Virus record (IMG/VR): IMGVR_UViG_3300042053_000001
Direction: 5' to 3' (one strand)
Source: an uncultured virus (IMG/VR IMGVR_UViG_3300042053_000001)
Lineage: Duplodnaviria > Heunggongvirae > Uroviricota > Caudoviricetes
Length of the DNA stretch: 20,000 bases
Positions 8,448 through 17,243 of this stretch are shown piece by piece; position 1 is the stretch's first letter, and each line of letters opens with the position of its first letter. The translations under genes and the position numbers were made by a program. Below the pieces are notes generated by a model that saw only the letters and a program-made list of their open reading frames with translations, had not been told where the DNA came from and made no database searches.

Positions 8448-11039
8448 ATGGATAAAAGACAAAATTTCTGTATTGTACTTCCACCACCGAATGTGACAGG
8501 GACTTTACACATTGGACATGCTCTCAATAGTACGTTGCAGGATATTCTTATTAGATGGCGTCGCATGTGTGGTGACGATGTTTTGTGGCAGCCAGGCGTA
8601 GATCATGCTGGGATAGCTACTCAGATGGTTGTGACTAGAGAGCTTGAAAAAGAGCATGGTGTTGGATGTGTTTCTGGCATGGATCGTGACACTTTTCTTT
8701 CGCATGTATGGGCGTGGAAGAAAAAATCAGGTTCAAGGATTAAAGAACAGTTAGACCGCCTTGGGGCATCGTGCAATTGGGAGCGGGAACGCTTTACGAT
8801 GGATGAAGAATTTTCTCGTGCTGTACGACATGCCTTTGTAACATTATACAGAGAAGGGTTGATTTTTCGTGATCATCGCCTGGTAAATTGGGATCCCTAT
8901 TTAGAGACTGCTATATCAGATTTAGAGGTTGTTTCCAAGACAGTTCAAGGAACATTGTGGTATTTCCAATATCCCATAGAAGGTTGTAAGCAAACAATTA
9001 CAGTCGCAACAACTCGTCCAGAGACTATTCCAGGAGATACAGGGATAGCAGTTCATCCTGATGACAAGCGCTATAGGGGATTGATTGGTAAATTTGCAAT
9101 TCTGCCAATGGTCGGTAGAAGAATACCGATTGTTGCGGATAGTCATGTAGACCAGACTTTGGGGACGGGTGCTGTCAAAATTACACCTGCGCATGATATG
9201 GATGATTTTCAGATAGGCAAACGGCATAACCTGCGTAGCATTAACATTATGGACGTATCTGCTCACATTCAGCTTGCTGGAAATGAGGATTTCCTAGAGG
9301 GTTTGCCCGAAGAATCATCCAGAGAAGTTTCTGCAACGATAGATGCTCTAGATGGTTTGGATCGCTTTGCTGCAAGGGATTGGATTGTCAAGCATTGTGG
9401 TGAAACAGGTATTTTGGAAAAAGCTGTAGACCACGAGCATGTAGTTCCTTTTGGAGATCGTTCAGGAGTTCCCATAGAACCTTATCTCACATACCAATGG
9501 TTTGTTGATACGGCAGACATGGCTAAAAAAGCGATTGAAGTTGTAGAAGACGGGTCTATTAAATTTCATCCTGAGTCAGTGAAAAAAACCTACCTTAGTA
9601 GGTTAGAGACAATAGAACCTTGGTGTATTTCAAGGCAATTGATGTGGGGTCACAGAATTCCTCTATGGTATTCTGAGGATGGAGAGATATTTTGTGCAAT
9701 ATCAGAAGAAGATGCTCATAAACAGGCAGAGAGTCACTTTAGGTTCGATGTTGAGTTAACTCAAGATACAGATGTTTTGGATACATGGTTTTCCTCTGCA
9801 CTATGGGCGTTTGTAACTTTGGGCTGGCCTAACTCTACAATAGAGTTAGAGAAGTACTTTCCTAGTTCAATCTTAATGACAGGGTTTGACATTCTTTTCT
9901 TCTGGGTTACACGTATGATTATGTTCAGTTTGTATTTCATGAAAGATTCGAAAGGTGATGGGATTATTCCTTTTCGAGAGGTGTATATACACGCTCTTGT
10001 TCGTGATGAAAAGGGTCAGAAGATGTCTAAATCCGCAGGGAATACTATTGATCCTTTGGACTTATGTGACAAATACGGTGTTGACGCTTTACGCTTTACC
10101 CTTGCATCTACTGCAACAATGGGGCAAGACATTAGAATTTCTGAAAGCAAAATGGAAAGCTGCCGTAATTTTTGTACAAAGATTCGGAACGCTGTAAAAT
10201 ACTGTCTGATAAACGAAGCCTTGCCACAGATAGGGTTTAATTCACAGACAGCGAAACATCCTATTAATAAATGGATTGTAGGTAGAAGTGCCTCGTTAGT
10301 AGAATCTGTAAGTTCTTCTCTTAAGGGATACCATTTTAATCGAGCAGCTGATAGAGTGTATTCCCACGTACGAGAGGAATTTTGTGATTTATATCTTGAG
10401 TTTTCCAAAGTCATTTTTTCTAAAGGGTCGTCTGAAGAGAAAGAAGAAACTAAAGCATGTATGGGATGGGCTGTGGAGAGAGTATTACAGGTTTTACATC
10501 CTTTTATGCCTTTTCACACACAAGGTCTTTCCTCTCTATTACAATGTAGTGGAAGTCTACAAGTCTGGCCTACGCTAGAAGAGCAAGAGAATGTACCACA
10601 TGTTGACTTGATGGTGGTTTTGATTGCAGAGATTAGGTCAATTCGTGCATCACTTAACATTTCTCATTCACAAGTATTCTGTATAAGTTTAGGTGACCTA
10701 CCCGTCTATAATCTACACCAGATTATAGAGGATTGTGCCAAAGTTAAGTGTAAAGAGGGGTTACAAGGTAAAAGTCTAGGTCTTTATATAGGGTCTTCAA
10801 AGGTAGAACTTTTTATTTTTGATGAACTAGATTCAGACAACCTTATATCCACAACCACTAGAAAAATAGAAAGGGTAAATTTAAATATGAGTGTTATGAA
10901 CAATCGTCTAAGTAATCCAGAGTTCATTGAGAAAGCTTCACCTTTTGCAATCGATAAATCTAGAAAGGATTTAGAAACCTTAGAGACAGATAAGCAAAAT
11001 CTTCAGAAACTATTATGTCAATTGAAAGGTGTGGAATGA
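8448..11039 (+). CDS. valS: Valyl-tRNA synthetase (class Ia), divergent with a short N-terminus
   Basis: Contains PPPNVTGTLHIGH (HIGH at 8508-8519), DHAGIATQ, editing-domain ATTRPET and GTGAVKITPAHD, WCISRQLMWGHRIP, DVLDTWFSS, KMSKS (10020-10034) and a C-terminal RLSNPEFIEKA coiled coil. ATG 8448 has SD GGAGG (8435-8439). The alternative in-frame ATG is at 8340. Confidence 0.96.
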   Translation: MDKRQNFCIVLPPPNVTGTLHIGHALNSTLQDILIRWRRMCGDDVLWQPGVDHAGIATQMVVTRELEKEHGVGCVSGMDRDTFLSHVWAWKKKSGSRIKEQLDRLGASCNWERERFTMDEEFSRAVRHAFVTLYREGLIFRDHRLVNWDPYLETAISDLEVVSKTVQGTLWYFQYPIEGCKQTITVATTRPETIPGDTGIAVHPDDKRYRGLIGKFAILPMVGRRIPIVADSHVDQTLGTGAVKITPAHDMDDFQIGKRHNLRSINIMDVSAHIQLAGNEDFLEGLPEESSREVSATIDALDGLDRFAARDWIVKHCGETGILEKAVDHEHVVPFGDRSGVPIEPYLTYQWFVDTADMAKKAIEVVEDGSIKFHPESVKKTYLSRLETIEPWCISRQLMWGHRIPLWYSEDGEIFCAISEEDAHKQAESHFRFDVELTQDTDVLDTWFSSALWAFVTLGWPNSTIELEKYFPSSILMTGFDILFFWVTRMIMFSLYFMKDSKGDGIIPFREVYIHALVRDEKGQKMSKSAGNTIDPLDLCDKYGVDALRFTLASTATMGQDIRISESKMESCRNFCTKIRNAVKYCLINEALPQIGFNSQTAKHPINKWIVGRSASLVESVSSSLKGYHFNRAADRVYSHVREEFCDLYLEFSKVIFSKGSSEEKEETKACMGWAVERVLQVLHPFMPFHTQGLSSLLQCSGSLQVWPTLEEQENVPHVDLMVVLIAEIRSIRASLNISHSQVFCISLGDLPVYNLHQIIEDCAKVKCKEGLQGKSLGLYIGSSKVELFIFDELDSDNLISTTTRKIERVNLNMSVMNNRLSNPEFIEKASPFAIDKSRKDLETLETDKQNLQKLLCQLKGVE

Positions 11040-12040
11040 TTTCTTCAAAAGAGAAAGACTTGTTAAACAAACAACTTTTACAAATGCTTTACACAGGGAG
11101 TGAAGAGTGTGTTTTAAAGTTGCTTAAAGCAGGGGCAGACGTGAATGTGAACAATTCATTCACGTATTCCTTATTGCATCTAGCGTGTATAAAAGGGTAC
11201 ACAGAGGCTGTTAAGTGGATGATAGATAAAGGAGCAGATGTTAACCTAATTAATTCCATTGGACAGACACCTTTCCATTACGCATGTAGGCATGGTTATG
11301 TAGAGATTATGAAGCTTCTTATAGAAAATGGAGTAGACATATATTTATTTAATAACGACGGTTACTCACCACTACACCTTTCATGTATTTATGACCAGAA
11401 AGAGTCTATCTTAGAACTCCTTAAAAACGGCGTAGACATCAACGTTCAGAGAGTGAATGGAGAATCACCTCTTGATCTTGCTTGTATAAGGGATAATAAA
11501 GATATTATTCAGATCTTGTTAGATAATGGGGCAAAAGCTTTGTTGAAAGATAGTAACAAGCTTTCTACTTTGTCTAAAGCTCGTATTTCTGATAATGAGG
11601 AAGTTGTTAAATTACTTGAGACTGGTTTAGATGTTTTGAATAAAAATCAACATGAGTTAAATTGCACTCTTATTAGTGCTTGTTATAAAGGACATCATGA
11701 TGTTGTCATATCTACGATAGAAGAAGGAGCAGACATAAATAGTATTAGTGAACATGGTAAGTCTGCATTATTCTTGTCGTGTAAGCATGGACATACAAGT
11801 ATTGTTAAGTATCTTCTTGAAAAAGGTGCAGACGTGAATATAGCAGATAACTATGATAACACTCCTTTGTATGTTTCCTGTTCGAAGGGCTATTCGAAAA
11901 CTGTAGCTTTATTACTAAAAAGTGGTGCAGATGTCAATCAAGCTAGTGTAAATCGTGAAACCCCTTTGAATTGCGCAAGGAGAAAGGGTTATACGAATTT
12001 AGTAGAGTTACTTGAGAGCTTCATAATTTACTCTGTATAG
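11036..12040 (+). CDS. Ankyrin-repeat protein (about 10 repeats), translationally coupled to valS
   Basis: ATG 11036 overlaps the valS TGA (ATGA) and has SD GAAAGGTG. Repeats include GQTPFHYACRHGY and GYSPLHLSCIYD. Confidence 0.92.
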   Translation: MISSKEKDLLNKQLLQMLYTGSEECVLKLLKAGADVNVNNSFTYSLLHLACIKGYTEAVKWMIDKGADVNLINSIGQTPFHYACRHGYVEIMKLLIENGVDIYLFNNDGYSPLHLSCIYDQKESILELLKNGVDINVQRVNGESPLDLACIRDNKDIIQILLDNGAKALLKDSNKLSTLSKARISDNEEVVKLLETGLDVLNKNQHELNCTLISACYKGHHDVVISTIEEGADINSISEHGKSALFLSCKHGHTSIVKYLLEKGADVNIADNYDNTPLYVSCSKGYSKTVALLLKSGADVNQASVNRETPLNCARRKGYTNLVELLESFIIYSV

Positions 12041-12059
12041 AATAAAGAAAGGAAATAAA

Positions 12060-12869
12060 ATGGTTAAAACGAAAAATGTAACAGAGTTTAGGGGTTTGAT
12101 TTTAACCGAAGAGCCAACAACATCGAAACAAGTTCTTGTAGTGCATCCTGATATACGATCAAGAATAGACAAAATTATTCATGAGTTTAGACAGAGAGCC
12201 AAACTGAAATCACACGGCCTGTCTCACCGCAGGAAAATACTTTTGATTGGGCCTCCTGGCACAGGTAAAACAATGACGGCGAATGTGTTGGCGCATGAGC
12301 TTCGTATCCCACTTCATACAATACAAGTTGATCGTCTTGTAAGTCAGTATCTCGGAGAAACCAGCACAAGACTAAGACGGGTATTTGATTTCATGAAAGA
12401 AGAACTTGGTGTTTATTTCTTTGATGAGTTTGATTCTATTGGTGGGGATAGAGGTTTAAGTAATGATGTTGTAGAAATGCGCCGTGTTTTAAATTCGTTC
12501 TTGCAATTTATAGAGCAAGATATGTTGGATAGCATTGTTATTGCCGCAACGAATAACCAGGAACTTTTAGACAAAGCACTGTTTAGGCGTTTTGATGATG
12601 TCCTGTATTATAGTAACCCTACAGATGAGGAAAAACAACAATTGATAGAAAATGTATTAGGAACATTTAAACCTAAAGATTTCATGTGGGATCGTGTTAT
12701 AGAGAACAGTTCTAATTTGTGTCATGCAGAATTAGTTTCCGCCTGTCTCGACGCTGTTAAAAATGCGGTATTAGCAGATGAAAAGAAAGTTAGTGATTCA
12801 GACCTTTGTGACATGATTAACAATAGAGAAGGTGAATACCATGTAATAGAGACTAAGGTTATTTCTTAA
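12060..12869 (+). CDS. AAA+ ATPase resembling the IetA-like family usually paired with an S8 subtilase; apparently N-terminally truncated
   Basis: Walker A GPPGTGKT, Walker B YFFDE, sensor/SRH AATN...LDKALFRRFD. Family-typical HGLSHRRKILL and NDVVEMRRVLNSFLQ. The family assignment is from recalled similarity, not a search. Confidence 0.88.
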   Translation: MVKTKNVTEFRGLILTEEPTTSKQVLVVHPDIRSRIDKIIHEFRQRAKLKSHGLSHRRKILLIGPPGTGKTMTANVLAHELRIPLHTIQVDRLVSQYLGETSTRLRRVFDFMKEELGVYFFDEFDSIGGDRGLSNDVVEMRRVLNSFLQFIEQDMLDSIVIAATNNQELLDKALFRRFDDVLYYSNPTDEEKQQLIENVLGTFKPKDFMWDRVIENSSNLCHAELVSACLDAVKNAVLADEKKVSDSDLCDMINNREGEYHVIETKVIS

Positions 12870-12949
12870 CATTTACGGGTCAATCACTTGATAATGTTGA
12901 GATAATAGGTTTAACAAGAAACTTGTTAAGAGAATGAAAGGTATATTTA

Positions 12950-13594
12950 ATGTTTCCATCACGTTCAAGGGTCAATGTAGTTCCTATTGATACACGACAA
13001 CCACCACAAAGTGGTGAACCTTTAAAAGAGTTCGTTAGTATTGTGGATATTATGAAAAGATACCCACCACCAGAGAAACCTGCTCGCAAGTCTTCACCGA
13101 AAGATTCTTCAAGCTCTGCGTCGAAAACTTCTTCAAGTTTTGCAGAGATGACTCGTAGCTTTGCAGATATGTCGGCTAGAAGCTACTACAAAAAAACACC
13201 TATATCACATGACGGTTTCAGTCCTCTTCATTATAACAGCGCAACAGGTCGTTTACTCCGTGTTCGTGAAGGTTTGATTAGCGGTGCTAATATTAATAGT
13301 AGAGATCAAGACGGCGCTACCCCTCTTCACCTAGCTTGCTTCTACGGTAAGTTACCAGTCATTAGACAACTTCTAATGAGCAAGGCAGATTTAACAATTC
13401 GAGATTTTAAAGGTTTTACAGCCTTGCACAGCGCTTGTATGTGTGGACATCCAGGGTGTGTTAGATCACTTCTAGTAGCAGGTGCTGATACGCATGTTAG
13501 AGATAATGAAGGTCGTACACCTATCAACATTGCTCGTAATCACAAGCATTATCCAGTTGTAAACCTCCTAATGGCTAAAGAATTCAACCATTAA
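12950..13594 (+). CDS. Protein with a roughly 85-aa Ser/Pro-rich disordered N-terminus and 4 ankyrin repeats
   Basis: SD GAAAGGT. Low-complexity tract SSPKDSSSSASKTSSS, then GATPLHLACFYG and GFTALHSACMCG. Confidence 0.9.
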   Translation: MFPSRSRVNVVPIDTRQPPQSGEPLKEFVSIVDIMKRYPPPEKPARKSSPKDSSSSASKTSSSFAEMTRSFADMSARSYYKKTPISHDGFSPLHYNSATGRLLRVREGLISGANINSRDQDGATPLHLACFYGKLPVIRQLLMSKADLTIRDFKGFTALHSACMCGHPGCVRSLLVAGADTHVRDNEGRTPINIARNHKHYPVVNLLMAKEFNH

Positions 13595-13638
13595 TATAGT
13601 CTATAGTTCCTATCTTTCACTTATTGAAAGGAAATAAA

Positions 13639-14778
13639 TTGTCTAACACGAAAGATTATGATAAACCCTTGCATATCGCATGTGAATTAGGACATATGGA
13701 TATCAAAAATCTCTTAGAAGAAAACATAAAGAAAGGTAATAAAATGATTAATGAGAACTGCAACTCACCTCTACATAAGGCATGTTTAAAGGGTCATATG
13801 AATGATGTTCAATTCCTCCTCGAAAACGGCGCAAACGCCAACACGCCTAATGAGTATGGTAAGACACCATTACATCTCGCAAGTAGAAACGGTCATTCAG
13901 ACGTTGTAAAACTACTCCTAAAAAATAACGCGTGTGTAAACACTGAGAGGGGTAACGGGAAGATACCACTGTTTATCGCATGTTTAAAGGGTCATACAAA
14001 GGTTGTTGAATTACTCCTTTCAAGTAACGCAGATGTCAATGGGGTTAATGAGGATGGAGAGACTCCACTTCATCTCGCATGTGTTGGGGGTCATTCGTGT
14101 GTTGTTGAAGAACTCCTCGACAATGGTGTAGTTGTTAACGTGACTAGTGAGTTCGGCCACACACCTCTACATATCGCATCTGCTACAGGTAATACGAATA
14201 TTGTTCGATTACTCCTTAATGCAGGTGCGGAGGTTAATATACAAGATCAAGATGAAGACTCACCACTACATCTCGCATGTTGGAAAGGTCATACGGATGT
14301 TGTTCAATTACTTCTTAATGCAGGTGCGGAGGTTACTACACAAGATAAGAATGACAATACACCTCTGTTTATCACATGTTATAGAGGTCATACGGATGTT
14401 GTTCGATTACTCCTTAATGCAGGTGCGGAGGTTAATATACAAGATCAAGATGGCAATACGTCTCTGTATCATGCATGTTATAGAGGTCATACAGAGATTG
14501 TTCAACTCTTCCTTGACAATAACGCAAACGTCAATGTGACTAGCAATAGCGGTTGGTCACCTCTGAATATTGCATGTTTAGAGGGTCATAAAGAGATCGT
14601 TCAATTACTCCTAGAGAATGACGCAGATGTCAACTCGATTAATAAGGATGGAGAGACTCCACTACATCTCGCAAGTGTTGTGGGTCATACAGAGATTGTT
14701 AAACTCCTCCTTAAAAACGGCGCAGCCGTCAACGTGAAAGATAGTGGTCACCCAGGCACCTGTACAACTGGCAAGTGA
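13639..14778 (+). CDS. Ankyrin protein, young family (1-repeat stub fused to a 10-repeat unit from ATG 13744); C-cap frameshifted
   Basis: TTG 13639 follows the junction-like GAAAGGAAATAAA, and an internal junction lies at 13728-13746. The C-cap continues in another frame to TAA 14837-14839. Confidence 0.88.
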   Translation: MSNTKDYDKPLHIACELGHMDIKNLLEENIKKGNKMINENCNSPLHKACLKGHMNDVQFLLENGANANTPNEYGKTPLHLASRNGHSDVVKLLLKNNACVNTERGNGKIPLFIACLKGHTKVVELLLSSNADVNGVNEDGETPLHLACVGGHSCVVEELLDNGVVVNVTSEFGHTPLHIASATGNTNIVRLLLNAGAEVNIQDQDEDSPLHLACWKGHTDVVQLLLNAGAEVTTQDKNDNTPLFITCYRGHTDVVRLLLNAGAEVNIQDQDGNTSLYHACYRGHTEIVQLFLDNNANVNVTSNSGWSPLNIACLEGHKEIVQLLLENDADVNSINKDGETPLHLASVVGHTEIVKLLLKNGAAVNVKDSGHPGTCTTGK

Positions 14779-14898
14779 GTCAAGTCATGTGGAGATCATA
14801 AATCTGTACAACAAGTCTGTAGACAATCCTACCCACTAAGTGGTACAAGAGGTCTCCTTAAGGTATAAGAAACCTTTGATTTTTAAAGTTAATGTTAT

Positions 14899-14937
14899 AG
14901 AGAGTCCATTATGAATAATTTTGGGCTCTCTTTTTTT
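14899..14937 (+). terminator. Putative intrinsic terminator
   Basis: AGAGAGTCCA (14899-14908) pairs with TGGGCTCTCT (14922-14931) with one G-U pair. An inner ATTAT/ATAAT pairing is possible, and T7 follows (14931-14937). Confidence 0.65.
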
Positions 14938-15004
14938 GTATAATTATGCACCTGTATAAAGAGAGAAGTCTACAAGTCTGTAGAGAATAAAGATAGGAAA
15001 TAAA

Positions 15005-15616
15005 ATGGTTGAAACGAAAGATGAGAATGGTGACACACCACTGAATCTCGCATGTGCATGGGGTCATATAGATGTTGTTAAAGAACTCCTCGAAAACAGC
15101 GTAACCATCAACACAGCTAATAAGTATGGCTACTCACCCCTGCATTTCGCATGTAGAGGAGATCATATAGAGATTGTTGAACTCCTCCTTAAAAACGGAG
15201 TAAACGTCCATATGACTGATAAGTATGAACAGTCACCACTACATTTCGCATGTATGTATAACCATACTGATATTGTTCGACTCCTCCTTAAAAACGGCGC
15301 AAACGTAGACATGGTTGATGAGGATGGTGGCTCACCACTACACGTAGCATGTGAGTGTGGGCATACGGATGTTGTTCGACTCCTCCTAGAAAACGGCGCA
15401 GACATCAACAAGGTTGATACCGGTGGCTGGTCGCCACTATATTTCGCATGTTTTGAGGGTCATATAGAAGTTGTTAAACTCCTCCTCGAAAACGGCGCAG
15501 ACGTCAACACAGTTGATAAGTTTGACCAGACACCTCTGTATATCGCATGTTTATATGGTCATATGGAGATCATAAAACTGTTAGAAGCACACATCGAGAA
15601 TAAAGATAGGAAATAA
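15005..15616 (+). CDS. Ankyrin protein, young family (6 repeats)
   Basis: Regular 33-aa repeats (GDTPLNLACAWGH, GYSPLHFACRGDH and others). The junction motif occurs at both ends. Confidence 0.94.
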   Translation: MVETKDENGDTPLNLACAWGHIDVVKELLENSVTINTANKYGYSPLHFACRGDHIEIVELLLKNGVNVHMTDKYEQSPLHFACMYNHTDIVRLLLKNGANVDMVDEDGGSPLHVACECGHTDVVRLLLENGADINKVDTGGWSPLYFACFEGHIEVVKLLLENGADVNTVDKFDQTPLYIACLYGHMEIIKLLEAHIENKDRK

Positions 15617-15617
15617 A

Positions 15618-17243
15618 ATGGTTGAAACGACTGATGAGAAAGATGATCGCTCACAATTACATCACGCATGTTCAATAGGTCATATAGATGTTGTTAAAGA
15701 ACTCATCGAAAAGGGCGTAAATATCAACACAGCTAATAAGAAAGGATACACCTCGTTACATCTCGCATGTTATGAAGGTCGTCTGATTGTTGTTAAAGAA
15801 CTCCTTAAAAACGGGGCGAACGTCAACGTGGTTGCTAAGTATGGAGAGACTCCTCTGCATGAGGCATGTTCGCGCGGTCATACAGAGATTGTTAAAGCAC
15901 TCATCGACAATAACGCAGATGTCAACACAACTGATGCGGATGGAGATTCACCACTGCTCACCGCATGTCAGTATAGTCATACGGATGTTGTTCAATTCCT
16001 CCTTAAAAACGGAGCAGGTGTTAATGTGAAGACTAATGAGTATGGATTTACACCACTGCATGTCGCATGTAAGTGGGGTCATACAGATGTTGTTCAAGCA
16101 CTCTTCGATAATGGTGCAGATGTTACTGTGACTAATGAGTATGGCCAAACACCACTACATCTCGCATGTTTAGAAGGTCATACTGATATTGTTCGACTCC
16201 TCCTTAAAAACTGTGCAGACGTCACAACAACTGATAATTGTGGTCATTCACCACTGCACGATGCATGTAGGAGGAATCATACAGAGATTGTTCAATTCCT
16301 CCTTAAAAACGGAGCAGACGTCAACACAATTGATGAGGATGGAGAGACACCACTGCATCTCGCATGTTTAGGTAATAATATAGAGATTGTTAAAGACCTC
16401 CTTAATGCAGGTGCGGAGGTTAATATACAATATCAAGGTGAAGATTCACCACTACATCTCGCATGTTCAATGGGTCATATAGATGTTGTTAAAGAACTCA
16501 TCAAAAACGGCGCAGATGTCACCATGGAGAATAAGTTTGGTAGGTCACCCACACATACCGCATGTCGGAATAATCATATAGAGATTGTTCAACTCCTCAT
16601 TGAAAACAGAGCAAATGTAAACGTTACTGCTAAAAATGGAAAGACACCACTGCATCTTGCATATGAGTATGGTTTAACGAATATTGTTAAAGAACTCCTA
16701 AACAACGGCGCAAATGTTACCTCAGTCAATAAGTATGGCGACACACCCCTACACATCACCTGTGAGAATGGTCATCTAGATCTTGCTAAAGAACTCCTTT
16801 CAAGTGGTACAAACGTCAACGTGACGAATAAGTATGGCTTCACACCATTACATCTCGCATGTTCTAAGAGTCATCTAGAGATTGTTCAATTACTCCTTAA
16901 AAACGGAGCAGATGTCAACACAGCTGATGAGAATGGTGACACACCACTACATACCGCATGTATAAATAGTCATCTAGAGATGATTGTTCGACTCCTCCTT
17001 AAAAACGGAGCAGATATCAACAAGGTTGCTGAGGGTGGCTTCACACCACTACATTTCGCATGTATGTATGACCATCCAGAGATTGTTCAACTCCTTCTTA
17101 AAAACGAAGCAAACGTCAACACGGCTGATAGGCATGGTCAGACACCCCTGCATTCTGCACGTGGTAATAAGCATACATGGGCCATAAAACTGTTAGAAGA
17201 ACATATGAATAAAGAAAGGAAAGAAAATGAAGAAAATGATTGA
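15618..17243 (+). CDS. Ankyrin protein, young family (16 repeats)
   Basis: 16 TPLHxAC-type repeats counted. TAAAATG junction upstream. Paralogous to 17950-19644. Confidence 0.95.
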   Translation: MVETTDEKDDRSQLHHACSIGHIDVVKELIEKGVNINTANKKGYTSLHLACYEGRLIVVKELLKNGANVNVVAKYGETPLHEACSRGHTEIVKALIDNNADVNTTDADGDSPLLTACQYSHTDVVQFLLKNGAGVNVKTNEYGFTPLHVACKWGHTDVVQALFDNGADVTVTNEYGQTPLHLACLEGHTDIVRLLLKNCADVTTTDNCGHSPLHDACRRNHTEIVQFLLKNGADVNTIDEDGETPLHLACLGNNIEIVKDLLNAGAEVNIQYQGEDSPLHLACSMGHIDVVKELIKNGADVTMENKFGRSPTHTACRNNHIEIVQLLIENRANVNVTAKNGKTPLHLAYEYGLTNIVKELLNNGANVTSVNKYGDTPLHITCENGHLDLAKELLSSGTNVNVTNKYGFTPLHLACSKSHLEIVQLLLKNGADVNTADENGDTPLHTACINSHLEMIVRLLLKNGADINKVAEGGFTPLHFACMYDHPEIVQLLLKNEANVNTADRHGQTPLHSARGNKHTWAIKLLEEHMNKERKENEEND

